From: Intoshia linei
Taxonomy: Eukaryota > Animalia > Orthonectida
Assembly: GCA_001642005.1 (NCBI GenBank)
Contig: LWCA01000106.1
Location: 1-53,888 of the forward strand
Direction: 5' to 3'
DNA length: 53,888 nucleotides
The notes beneath the pieces are model-generated. The model was not told the DNA's origin, searched no databases, and saw nothing but the letters and a program-made list of their open reading frames with translations. Below, piece by piece: positions 11,821-24,181 of this stretch. A program made the translations under genes and the position numbers. The first letter of the stretch is position 1. Each line of letters begins with the position of its first letter.

Positions 11821-12869
11821 TTATGTCAACAAATAACGCAGTGTTTTTAATTACAATAGTAGTTTATTTCTATGTTGTTATACCAAACTAATCAGTATAA
11901 TTATTTTGCTCAATTCAATTTTCTATAGGAAAGATAAATCACTAGGCAAGTGTTATGAAATGATTAGCATTTGATAACTAATTGAAATTTGAGTACCATG
12001 TTATTACTAACTCATTGCTGTACGTACAGTTTATTGTATTTTTAGTTTAAACAAATTGCATTCAATTCTACAATTCAGTACAGCTCTAGCAAAGATACAG
12101 ATAGCAAATAACTCCATGAACGCGTTCATTTTTAAACATTGCAAAATGATGCAAATTAAAATTTTTTTACGTGACAGTCAAAGTTTATCCTAACTAATAT
12201 ATAGGGCAATTTTTTATTGACCTATAGAATAACAAAAAAAACTGACCTAAAAATTGACTTTATCTGACCTTAAAATTTTTTGTTGTTGTTTTTATGGTTA
12301 ACAACAACTGAATCTACGGTACCCCAAACCTTCTTTTCGTAGGCCTTAAATTAAATCAATACAATATTTAATGCACCTTAGTTTTAATATTCGCATAGGC
12401 CTGATCATGATGGTATCGGTCACTTTACATAATAAATTAATATAAATAAAACTTAAAATAAGGAATATTTCTGCGTTTAACAATAAATATGAATAACAAG
12501 GAACTGCAAATGAAACAAACAATGTAAATCTTATTGTGTGATGTTGAAAATTATTAATGTATATTGTAGTACATAACATAATATACTTCTTAACATTATC
12601 TGGTAAAAATTGCCTTTGTTTAGATGGCAATTTTTTTAACAAACTGAAACGCTTTTCTTAATAAATTGTATAAATAAAATGGTATTTGTTCAATTTTATT
12701 GTTCATTATATCATAAATATTATTTTTTTTAAGTCGAATATACTTTAAAAAAATATAGACTTTATAAATTGTTAATTAGCTAATTAATAAACATGATATT
12801 GATATCATGATACTTGTAATTTTGTGCTGATTATCATATAAAAAATGGCATTGTGCCATAAAAAATTGT

Positions 12870-13534
12870 TCTACTAATATATAATATCCTACGCAATATT
12901 TGTACGTGTGTGTTCCACTTTATTTTAATAACTACTAGTCTTAAAATTTTATAAAGTCCACATTTCAAGTACAGTTTTTCCGGGGGTAATAATAAGATAA
13001 ATTTCAACCTCCAAAATTCACATCTTACGAACATACAAAAACCCAAAATGTCCTTTTTTTTGAAAATCAACTGAGTTGGAAAATTTAAAAAAATATATAC
13101 GCTGATATGGATTTTAACATCATAAATATTATTATAAATTTAAATTAAAAAAAATTATATCTTCAGGCCAAAACCCTAAATTACCTTTTTTTTAATGAAA
13201 ACAGCCCTAGAATTTAAAAAAAATTACAGGTGGTACAATTGTATGCTGTTAACACACACAAAAAATTTCAATCCGAATAAGTGACGACTTCATGGTCAAC
13301 AAAGAATTAAAAAATATGAGATAATTAACGGTCCGAAAATTAAAAAAAGTGATTATTCTGATAGAGCTTAGTCCAGTTGATATAAATGCAAAATTTCAAC
13401 CCAAGAAATCTACGCATTCCCGGTGAAATAATAATTTTTAATATATTATCAACCAATATTTTTTTGGTATAATATAAATGTGCCCTCGGCAGAGCTAGGT
13501 GCTGTTTTTACGTAGTACATAACAGTCAACCCAG
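12870..13534 (+). mobile_element. Non-autonomous Helitron, both termini recognisable
   Basis: 5' TCTACTAATATATAATATCCTACGCAATATTTG; 3' hairpin plus CCAG|T (CTAG variant). Confidence 0.75.
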
Positions 13535-14373
13535 TAGAGTATAATCTTCGTTCGTTTTTTTGTAATAAACCTCAAAATTTAAAAGTATAATATATCCCCA
13601 TTAGAATCCTGGATCATACATTGTATGTATGTTAACATGTGTTCTTATTCAAACTGATAAAACTATCCAATAGATAAATATGATACTTTTCATTGTGAAA
13701 ACGATGCTTCGTCCTTGTATTAGTAGACGAAATTCTCTCAAGTTTTTTCCTTAATTATGAAATTTGTGGATTAATTGTTTTTCTTGTTTATTTATATCTT
13801 TATTTGGTGAAAATCCGGATGAAATCTATTGATGAATCATCAATCATAGTTGACAAAAAGGGTGCTTAGAATGATCCATAAAAAATAAATTACTCTAAAT
13901 CACTTCAAAATTTGGAACAAATTTCAATTAGATATTTCAATAACCCTGAAATGAAATTAAACTAAATAATTGAATATTGTAAATACATTTTCAGTTTTAT
14001 TTTTTAACTTAAAATTTAACTCAATTTTAAAACAAAACTGATGTTATTAATTTTAAAATATTTTGACGACCAATATTTAATTTTAAAATTGAAAAGTTGA
14101 ACCAATTACTTTACATCGTGTTTATCTTCATTTCGTAATAGAAAAGATCAGAGTGGTTTCTACAAACCCAAATTAAGATTAAAAAACCAACTAATACAAT
14201 ATTTATTATATAATAAAAACATTTTATGGTGTTTACACCAGACTATCACTAATTAGATAATACGAATTATCTACTAACGGTTCTTATCATTATTACAAAA
14301 TTCCCTACTTGGGATACACAATACATTATCGATAATGGTCCATTATATACAGAACTACAGTTGATTTCTAAAC

Positions 14374-14451
14374 CAGAGGTAGCCAAATTGTGGCCAGTAA
14401 GTCAATTAAAAGTGACCTTCGATGGTTATCTAACAAAATGCAATAAATGTT
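14374..14451 (+). repeat. hAT-like element end, second copy at 29531-29609
   Basis: CAGAGGTAGCCAAATTGTGG...GATGGTTATCTAACAAAATGCAATAAATGTTT is closely similar at both loci. Confidence 0.55.
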
Positions 14452-14897
14452 TGTTATTTCCGACACGTATTATTATATTCATTTTCATTATTTATTCATC
14501 TCATTACATTATTTGCAATTAATTAACATGTAAGTTTTAGTATCATTAAGGCATATTTATTTTTGATATTGTATAAAACTATTAATTTCTAATCATTGTC
14601 TATAAACAATACACTTAGCGGATTAAGCTTTTTACATTCCTTGCGGTGTGATAGATGCTGTCGAGTGTCATATATTAAACATATTAATCCATTTGACAAC
14701 CTCATATTATTTTAATGCATTGAGCTTTATTTAAATAGATATATAATGTATCGTTAGATAACAAGGTAATCTTAACGTTAAAATATAACCAAAAAACTCA
14801 AGTATTTTAAACGATATTAATCCATTCTTATAAAATATTAAAATAAATTTATTGTACTATATAAATGTTGACAAATTTATAATTCCACTTGAATTGT

Positions 14898-16266
14898 TTA
14901 GTACTTTGCATATTTACACGGCGGGAATTGGTCAAAATTGGTTGGTTTATCATCAGTTTGACTTTGAAAATAATTTGGATTTCTATAAAAGTCAAGTGTA
15001 TTCCCGTTGTGTGATTCCAATTCTGGAGTTGTTAAAACGGCACCTTCACCAGATTCTAAATTTTCATTATTTTATAAACTAAACATTACGCACCATTTTT
15101 TATTTCAGTATTTGGATCTAGATTTTGTGGATTTAAGGTTAAATTTTTTGATATAATCATATCGGCAGTGTTTCGTCTGTTAAATATCAAGTAAATGAAA
15201 AATAATACAATCAACAATGATCATTGAACACATAAATAAATAATAATGTATTTATGTAAAATTACGGATATTTATCGGATGTTTCTCTAAAACCTTTGGC
15301 AAACGGATTATTGTTAATTTTCAATTGAGTTATCTATATCATTTAGTGATGAGTAAATTTTTAAAAACAAATTATGAACCTGTTCGTTTTGATATGATGT
15401 TACTGCAATGAATATTGTAGATTTAAATATTTTTGTGTAAGGGTGACTCCAATCCACTCCATACAAATCACTACTGGCAAAAATATGAATCCGAGGTTGA
15501 TATTTGTGCATCGAATTTAAAATCATCTAATTAATAAATTTAATTATTCTTTTTAAATTAATTACATGTCCTTTGTTGTCCATTGTGTGATTCGTTAATT
15601 TTAATTTATGAAAAGAAATTAGTTGTTTCATCCAATTGTATCCCGTCAGTGGGGAGTCTGGGTGTATATAAACACGATGGCTCATGTGTGGTTCTGCTTT
15701 GCCTCCAACACACCATTTGTCTTTTACATATCTATATCGGTTGTTATCAGAAGGTATCATGTCCACAATTATTATGTATTTTAGATTTGGATTTAAATTC
15801 GCTACAGTTATCTTTAATGGTGGAAATAATCTCCTAAATTTAACAATTTAAATTTATTTTAATAAATAAATTACAGAAATATACAAAATTTTATGTTATC
15901 ATATTATCCCAAAGTTTTTGTGTCAGTATTTTAAGATTTGCTCACTATGAGAAATGGTTGTGCAGGTATTGAAATAAAGAGAATAAATGTATAATTATTA
16001 ATTACACAGTCCAACACCATAAAAAATGCAAAATTTTAAAGATTTGGAATCTTGACGATATTTTAACATTGGGGTGATTTGTTTTCAAAATAATCTCATT
16101 TTTTTATAGTTTTATAATTGACTAAAATGTCTGTTATGTAATACGTACAAAAAACACCTAGTTTTGCCGAGGGCAAAAGGTCAAGTTCGATGATTTTACT
16201 CAGACTGTCAATCGACTTGTGAAGAAAGACTATCCGATCCAATGACCTCATTAAACCATTCAATCA

Positions 16267-16306
<40 letters not shown>

Positions 16307-19278
16307 TTCAACACGAGCTAATGACCCGCGCTTACAAGGAATTCCTCGTTCATGTGCGTAGTTACATCGCAGAATCCCCATCACGAAGGAAGTTAAACGG
16401 ATTTATCATTCCTCTCGGCAAAAGTATTAATACCCGATGACTCCTTCAATGTAAAAAGAGTGGTTCCCAAACTTGTGTCAGGTGGAACCTTAATATCACA
16501 TTACTTTTTACTTTAAAGTGAATTATTCCATCTTAATTTTGTTAACATTTGCGTTAAGAATTTAAAAACAATTGTTATCACATTTTTTTAATTAATTAGA
16601 CAGAATGTGTGTATAATATTAAAAATAAAGTAAAAACGGTCCAATCCTAAAAATTGTCATAAATAGCATAAATTCCAGAAAAAATAAAATTAAAGAAACC
16701 TATTTTGTCATTTTCAATGTGATGACATATATTCAGTATCAATTTAATAAATAAATCCTAAAAATTGTCATAAATAGCATAAATTCCAGAAAAAATAAAA
16801 TTATAAACTATTTTGTTGACAACAATAATTATAATATTATATTAATAATTATATCAATATTTACATTTTTAATTTTTATTTAAATCGAAATATTTGAAAA
16901 ATATTGGTTCATAATATAGTAAAAATTATTTTTCACCGGGAATGCGTAGATTTCTGGTGTTAAAATTTTGTATTTATATTAACTGGAATAAGCTCTATAA
17001 GAATAACCTTTTTTTTCATTTTCAGACTGTTAATTATTTTATATTAATTTGTAGTTTTGGCCTTGATGATATTTTTCTTTAAATTTATGAATTTAAAATC
17101 CGTGTTAGAGAGTATATTTTTTTAAATTCTTGAACGCGTCTGATTTTCAAAAAAAGGCAATTGGGCTTTTTAACCCGTAAGATATGAGTTTGGGCTGTTA
17201 AAAATTATCTTATTATCACCTGGAAAAAACTGTAGTTGAAATGTGGACTTTATAAAATTCTAAGACTGGTAATTATTGAAATAAAGTATAACACACACAA
17301 ACAAATATTGCGTAGCATATTATATAAGAAAAGATTGTCAATATTTTAGGAATGTTTTATCATTTTGGAAAATAATAGGTAATTAAGGTTTTTCACTGTG
17401 AAGATGAAAATTTTAAAATATACAATTTTGATAATGCATTAGTCTTGAAAAACAGAATTAGAATTTGTCTTTTAAATTGTGATACTTTCAGTTTTCTAAT
17501 TAAAAGTGTGTATGAGTGGAACGAATTAAAATATGAATTCTCAAAGTTTATAATAATTTACTTTACGATCGGGTAAGAATAGGAGAATGTTCTTATGCGT
17601 GGCTTTAATAAACACACATTTTTAGTGCCTGTTACTGTATATAAGTGAGGATAATATGGATCGTCTTTTCCAAACCTTTTAACTCTTACGAAACTGTAAA
17701 AGTGTAACTCTACTTCTACAGACCTGTAAAATGTGGTACATGTAGTTATATTAAATTTTAACATGATGTGAATGGTACGCAAATTGTTGCCCTGAAATTT
17801 TCATTATTTTATTTATAAAATGTAATAATACAAAAGTTACTATATGACCTAAAGGTTATTTTGTTTAATTTGTTGAATTCAGGTAAGTCCCAAATGTATA
17901 CATGACACTTTAATTATGCATTATTTTTTTATTTAAAATTAGTCAGTTTAATTAAAATTAATACAAATAAAACAATATGGATAATAACGGATTATAACTC
18001 TATAAAATTTGGCATAATTTAATAATTAACATGTTCTTAAATTAGTTAATATTTAATCATTTACAGCTATTTGGGGAACCAATACTTTTAACATAATTTT
18101 AACATTGTTTATCAATTATATTATGCGTCTCAAGTGAATTGTAACAAATTATCTTATAGTCGATTAAATTCACTACTAGTTGTCACTTTTGCATAGAAAT
18201 GTTTAATTCTAATTAAACAAAGTATTGTTTATAAAATATAAACAAAAAAGCTTGGGGCTATTTATTATGTTAGAATGTATTGGAAATGGAAATTATCATT
18301 TTAACAGCCATATGCATTTAAAATTAAAAAATTAAACATCTTTTGATTGAAATGTATTAATAGTGCAAGAAAGGTTTTCCAATCTAATAATTTCAAATTT
18401 TTGGTGTGATTATTCTATGCTATATTTCACAAAAATGGGTAAGAGTTGGCAATACCATTATATTACATGAAAAACTGTTGTATTTGAATGTATCCTATAA
18501 ATTTAAAAAATTAAATACGTAGTAAGATCGTTCTTCCATAATAATAGTATCAATGATATAAAATTAAACATTTATTAACACATGTGTTATTAATTGTAAA
18601 TCAAAAAACTTTATTTCTGAAATTGGTATAAAGTTACCAATATGATCAAATCGACTTTACTCAAAAACGAATTGAGATGGCATAATAAAATTAAATGGAA
18701 AAGATAAAAAAATATGTTAATTGATAATAATGTAAGGTATATTGAACACCATGTATTGTAAACTTTGAGTATACCTGCACTTAGTTCTATTATTATTATT
18801 ATTACAGTGTTAACTTTAATCTATTATATTAACATTAACATATATTGCAAAACTTAATACATTTATATAAAATAATAATTATAAGTATATACCTTCCAGC
18901 TTTAGTAATAATCATTTCATTACCGATTTCTCCGAATTTATCCCACATCTTAGAATTAGCCAAATTGATATTGGGTTCAATTGAAGGATATGGACCATTA
19001 AATTGTTGAATTATATTATTATTAAAGTACGGAAATTGACTGAACTGATTTCTAGACATGTTATACGGAAAATTTAATTGTGGAGCCGACTGAACAGTGT
19101 TAATTCCAGAAAAATTCATATTTATATCAATATTTTGACTATAAGGATAATTCATTTTAATGATTGGGTGATTCATTCCAGTATTGCAAGTTTCTGGCAA
19201 AGGTTGTGGAAAATTTTGATTAAATCCTCTAAGGTGGTTCAAGTATGGATACTTTAATAACGACAAACTTGAATCCAT
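14898..19278 (-). CDS. T-box transcription factor, most like Tbx6/Dorsocross (Tbx2-class not excluded)
   Basis: Exon 1 19278-18893 ends ...MWDKFGEIGNEMIITKAGR. After a 3.06-kb intron come RLFP...HPDSPLTGYNWMKQLISFHKLKLTN, MILNSMHKYQPRIH...FIAVTSYQNEQ and ITQLKINNNPFAKGFRE. Two further short exons lead to TAA at 14900..14898 (3' end less certain). Confidence 0.93.
16122..17334 (-). mobile_element. Non-autonomous Helitron with both termini, carrying an 18S rRNA fragment; in T-box intron 1
   Basis: Minus-strand 5' A|TCTTTTCTTATATAATATGCTACGCAATATTTG at 17334. Degenerate 3' hairpin plus TTAG|T at 16122. Internal partial tandem duplication at ~16645-16805. Confidence 0.75.
16179..16452 (-). rRNA. 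18S rRNA 3'-region fragment (~275 nt, pseudogenic)
   Basis: The plus strand has the universal SSU motif GACGGGCGGTGTGTAC plus the eukaryotic AAAGGGCAGGGACG (16275-16304), and also GGAATTCCTCGTTCA, GTCAAGTTCGA and CCTTCAATGTA, in the expected order. The flanks are not rDNA. Confidence 0.95.
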
Positions 19279-19977
19279 TATTTTGTTGGCGTCTTCTAAA
19301 TATTGAATATTAATAAATATGGAGATACGCTATATAATAACTTTTACCATCGTGTCCATTTGATTCACAGTTTTTATTTTTTAAATATTCATTTTTAAAT
19401 CTATTGATTGTAAATCTATTTGTGTTCATGTGTGATTTTTAAAATATTTATCCAATTTTTCAAACTTTTATATAATCTATTTTTGAAAGTGTGTGAAATC
19501 ACAACTTTATAATTATAAAATAAACAGTTTCAACCGTGTGAATTTTAACGACTATGACTAATAAAGCGACCAATGCTCCAAACAACACAACATTTCTATC
19601 CCATTGTTTAAATTTTGTTTTATTGGATCAAGATCTACTTCTTCATGTATATTTCTGTCACGCCTATATAAGTACAAGTTAATTTTATCCAATGAATAAA
19701 CTTTTCGATATTTCCCATTGTGTTTGATTGTTGTAATTGTGAATAATTTAAAAGTCAAACATTTTAAAATTTTGTATTCATATTTTTAACACGTATTTGA
19801 GGAATCTATTTCAAGTTACTGCTTGCGTTACATTTATCAGTTTATTGACTTCATTGAAAAAATTGGATTATTTTATTGGTTATTTTTTAAGTAATGTAAA
19901 GTTAAAAATAGCTATTTTTATAATAATGTTATTTTTATTCTAATACTGTACAATGTGCAATTTACATTATATATAAC

Positions 19978-20203
19978 CAGTGCCGAACATGTATTACTCG
20001 AGACCTATTGTCGGGATATGTTTTCAAAATGAGGGACTAATATTTTTCAAATTCAACATTACATATGTATAGTATTCTTGCATATGATAACTATTCAGTG
20101 TGTTAAATTTACAATTTCACGTAATGAACCTTAAAGAGGTGGCTAGAGTTATATGAAACTTCCATTTCCGGATGTGGCCTCGAGCCTGGTAAGTTCGGTT
20201 CTG
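19978..20203. mobile_element. Degenerate MITE
   Basis: Imperfect terminal IRs CAGTGCCGAACATG...CTCGAGACC versus CAGAACCGAACTTA...CTCGAGGCC (reverse complement). TSD not convincing. Confidence 0.4.
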
Positions 20204-20884
20204 AATGAAAAATTTGCTTTAAACACGTGAACTTTTAACTAATTTTTTAAACCAATTTTTTCTGGACTACTTAAAATGTAGCTTCTTAGAAACATTACAC
20301 GGAATTGTTAGATTCAACTGAAATTAAACTTGAACTGAGTGTAAAAACCACAAAAACTAGATTTTTTAATTATTAAATTAACTGTATTCTAATCCCTAAT
20401 CTCAATTCACTTATTTAAAGACACCATCTTAAATTACTATGAATAACATTTTTTGACTTTTGTTTTGTAAAATTGTACAAGTACACATTTAATAGCAAAT
20501 AAAACTAAAAGTATTAATTAACATTAACATACAACATAATGTAATTCTATTAAAATTATGTATAAACAGATAAAAAGTAATGTGCAAATTTTCGTATGAT
20601 AAAAAAACAAAGCAATTAGCATCTTAATTGAAACAGAATTAGTAATTGGAATTTTGACTTGAAAATTTTTTTATTTTAGATGTACTTGGCGGAATGCATA
20701 AGTATTTTTAATTTTATAAGAGGTAAATTTTAACATAATAATCGATTAAGGATAGAGATTGAAAAATATGCGAAGGAATGAATTATATAGATTTTCACCC
20801 ATATTTCTTTATTGGAAATGTGTAGAGGTTCAATACACACTTTTTTGAAATTGATTATTATTCACTTTTTCAGTTTTAATTTTA

Positions 20885-21613
20885 ATCCAACATTTGAAAA
20901 ATATTGGTTGATAATATATTGAAAATTATTTTTCACCGGGAATGCGCATAGCTTAGGGTTGAAATTTTGTATTTATATCAACTGGAATAAGCTCTATCAG
21001 ATTAATCTTTTTTTTAATTTTTGGACTGTTAATTATTTCATATTTTTTGTTTTAATAAAATATTTCGAAAAAAAATACATAAGTATTAAAGTATTTTTTT
21101 GACAGTGAAAACGTCACTAATTCAGATTAAAAATTTTTTGTGTGTCTTAACAACTTCTGTAATTTTTATTAATTTCTAGGCTGTTTTCATTTAAAAAAAA
21201 AAAAAATTGAGAACCCCGTTGAAAATTTTATTTTTTGTGGAATTTATGCTACAATTTATGTATTCATGATAATTTTTAGGATTGGATTGTTTTTACTTTA
21301 TTTTTAATATTATACATACATTCTGTATAATAAATTAAAAAAATGGGATAACAATTTTTTTTAACATTCTTTACACATATGTTAACAAAATAAATTTAAC
21401 GTGGAATAATTCACTTTAAATTAAAATGAAATGTGATATGACGGGTCCACGTGTAACAAGTTTGAAACACTCTTTTAAATGATTTATAATAATGAATAGT
21501 AGCATTTTTAGATTAAATTTTCTTTTTTAATTTATTTTTCTGTGAGAGTAAAAATTTCCGCCCTCGGCAGAGCTAGGATGGTGTTTGTACGAAGTAAATA
21601 ACAGTCAAGCTAG
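20885..21613. mobile_element. Composite of Helitron-family fragments in opposite orientations
   Basis: ~20885-21195 matches the family interior on the minus strand. ~21230-21613 is the plus-strand 3' half ending hairpin-AAGCTAG. Confidence 0.65.
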
Positions 21614-21803
21614 CAAATATATATTTATATAATATAATATAATAGCAAATAGATAAAATAAGCAATAGCAATAAAAAGCAAATATAATATTTTTTTATTA
21701 AATAAATAATATATTATTAGATAAATGCTTAAAATTAAAAAAACTATCCGCGTGAAAAATGGGTTTTCTAATAATAGAAAAAATCAACAGTAAACATCTA
21801 CTG

Positions 21804-22273
21804 CCGGGGTTTTCAACTTTTTTAAACCTACGCCCCTATGATAAAATGGACTATTTTTATAAAATAAATCGTAATAAAAAAAAGGTAAATAATTTATATT
21901 CATTTCCATGTGATCATTGATTTTGCAGATTGAGTGACAACTCTTTAATTATTGGTTTTATATTGGTTAATTTGATAAAAATATCCTAAAATAAATTATA
22001 TTAATTTTGTTTTTATCTTTACTCAATATTATTTTTACAGAACTGAATCTCAACCATGTAACATTTTGGAAAACACAATAATATCCTTGACATTTTAGAA
22101 TGCATCAGTGGATAAACATATTTTGAATGCTCACATCCCATAATGCAAAATATATAAGAACCAATTTTTTTGTGTCAAAAATATCAAAAATAACATATTT
22201 GACGTTTTTAATAATATTGGTGGCAGCTAGGGCTTGGGCGCTTGGGCGCTAAAACCCACGTTGAGAACCACTA
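21804..22273. mobile_element. hAT (Buster-type) MITE
   Basis: TIRs CCGGGGTTTTCAAC / GTTGAGAACCACTA. Flanks ATCTACTG / ACCTAGTG match 6/8 with a central TA. Confidence 0.55.
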
Positions 22274-22988
22274 ACCTAGTGCAAAATCTACACCGAATCA
22301 ACATGAAATGATTGTTGCAATAATAATAAAGTGAATTAAACGTTATCGTTTTTATCTTAATATTTTAACTGTCTGAAATTGAAATTCAAGTGCTAAAATG
22401 ATTTAGATCAATTAAAATGAAATTAATCCGTTTAAATAAATTATACAGCTTATAAAATAATAAGGCGTAACAATAATCTTGTTTAAAATTGCGGTTATCA
22501 ATTTATAATAAACAGTAATATCTAAAATTAAACAAAACAATGAAGTGATTGCGTTGTAATTTTAAAACAATGGCCACTAAACTGTTTATAGCATAATTGA
22601 TAACTACAAGAAAAACAATGAAAGTAGATTATATCTTGACTACATTGGAACAGTAATAGCTGCATAAATTATAAACAACTTGAAAGAAAAATGCGGTACC
22701 GATTTAATTTAAATTATAAACGTTAAAATCGAGTATAATAAATATACTCTTAGATTTTATTTGAAGTAGAAATAATGCAACTTTTTTATTTTATAAGTAA
22801 ATAAATGTAAAATTGCATGTACAATAAGTTTAAGGCCAGAATTGTACATAAACGTTTAACAAACATACACGAATATTCGCTCTTGTATTTACTTTGTTTC
22901 ATAGAAAGTAAACAAAATGCAATCTTTGTAAAGTACCATAACTCATCTGCATTTAACATTTAAAAACTAGACAGATTAGATAAAATTT

Positions 22989-23285
22989 ATGGAAATGTCA
23001 TTAATTGATGGTCATCGTGATATTATAGTGAGAACATTAACCGGAAGAACCTTTAACCTTGTAGTAAACGAAAGAGACACCATAGAATCTGTTCGAGGTA
23101 AAATTGAAGAAAAGGAGCAATATAAAGTTCAACTATCAAGATTAGTATATAAAGGAGAAACACTTGACGATTACTTAACCATTGCAGATTACAATATATC
23201 AAACGGAGAAACCCTCAATATTGATTTTAAACTTCAACAATGCACCAAGAAAGAGACCACTACCACCAGGAAACAAGTTGCTTGA
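22989..23285 (+). CDS. Intronless ubiquitin-like protein lacking the C-terminal di-glycine
   Basis: IIVRTLTGRTFNLVVNERDTIESVRGKIEEKE...RLVYKGETLDDYLTIADYNI aligns gap-free to ubiquitin/NEDD8. LRGG is replaced by LQQC plus a 14-aa tail. Confidence 0.85.
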   Translation: MEMSLIDGHRDIIVRTLTGRTFNLVVNERDTIESVRGKIEEKEQYKVQLSRLVYKGETLDDYLTIADYNISNGETLNIDFKLQQCTKKETTTTRKQVA

Positions 23286-24181
23286 TTAGAAGAAATTACA
23301 AGTTAGCTTAATATATGCCACCATTATGTAATTAATAAAAATTTACATTATTATCGATTGATAGTTAGACACTTATTTTAATTTATTGTAAAATTTTGTT
23401 AATTTCAATTTATGCTTATTCCTCATCTAGCACTTAAAATTTTAATATTTTATAAATATTCAAGACTTGATATAATTGAAGGAGGAGTTTTTATGTTTTT
23501 ACATTTTACTATTTAATTCATGTATATTTAATTGTACCAATTTTATTAATTTTGCATTATCAAATATGCAGTTGATTTTTAAAATTGTTTTCATGTTTAT
23601 GTATTTATCAGCATTTATGAATCCTTTGAAAGCCGGATTCAATAGGCATTTCAACATGTTTGAGCGCAAATTTGATGAAATTATGCCAATAATGGAGTAT
23701 ATTTAATCGAATTTAAAGTTTTAGTTTTCTTTTAGATTTCGTAGGATTCCAAGGTTTAGTCAAAATAGTTAAATGTTATTTATAGTGTTAATCTACTTAT
23801 GAATGTTGTATTTAGTCAAAATAAATTATGCATGTGGAAATTTTTTTGATTTGCATCTGATTCTTTATTATTAATCTACTTAACTCATGAATCGTGATTA
23901 CTTTGTAATTATTGTTTTGATATCAACTTTCTTAATCAGAGATCACTAAAAATAAATACTACCGTCTTTTTTATCGAATTTACATAATTATAGCGAATAT
24001 TCGTCGATATAAATTATATAAAATAAAATATTATGCCTGTAGTGATATAATCACTATGAGAAGTGAACTTTATATATAAGTGATAATTTAAATAATAAAT
24101 TCTTCGAACTCTTTAAATTGTACAATCTTCCAGATTCCTTCGTACAATACCTTATCGTTACAATTTATTATATACAAAAAT

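Noticed and set aside
12834-13070. Short ORFs at 8849-9067, 12834-13070 and 41723-41920
   Set aside because: They overlap non-coding Helitron copies and the frames are not conserved between copies.
13690-13950. Possible hAT transposase relic (PFLSTMIDDSS on the minus strand)
   Set aside because: Single weak motif with stops in all frames; not supportable without a search.
16179-16452. Functional rRNA operon
   Set aside because: Only ~275 nt of 18S, both ends truncated and flanked by Helitron sequence.
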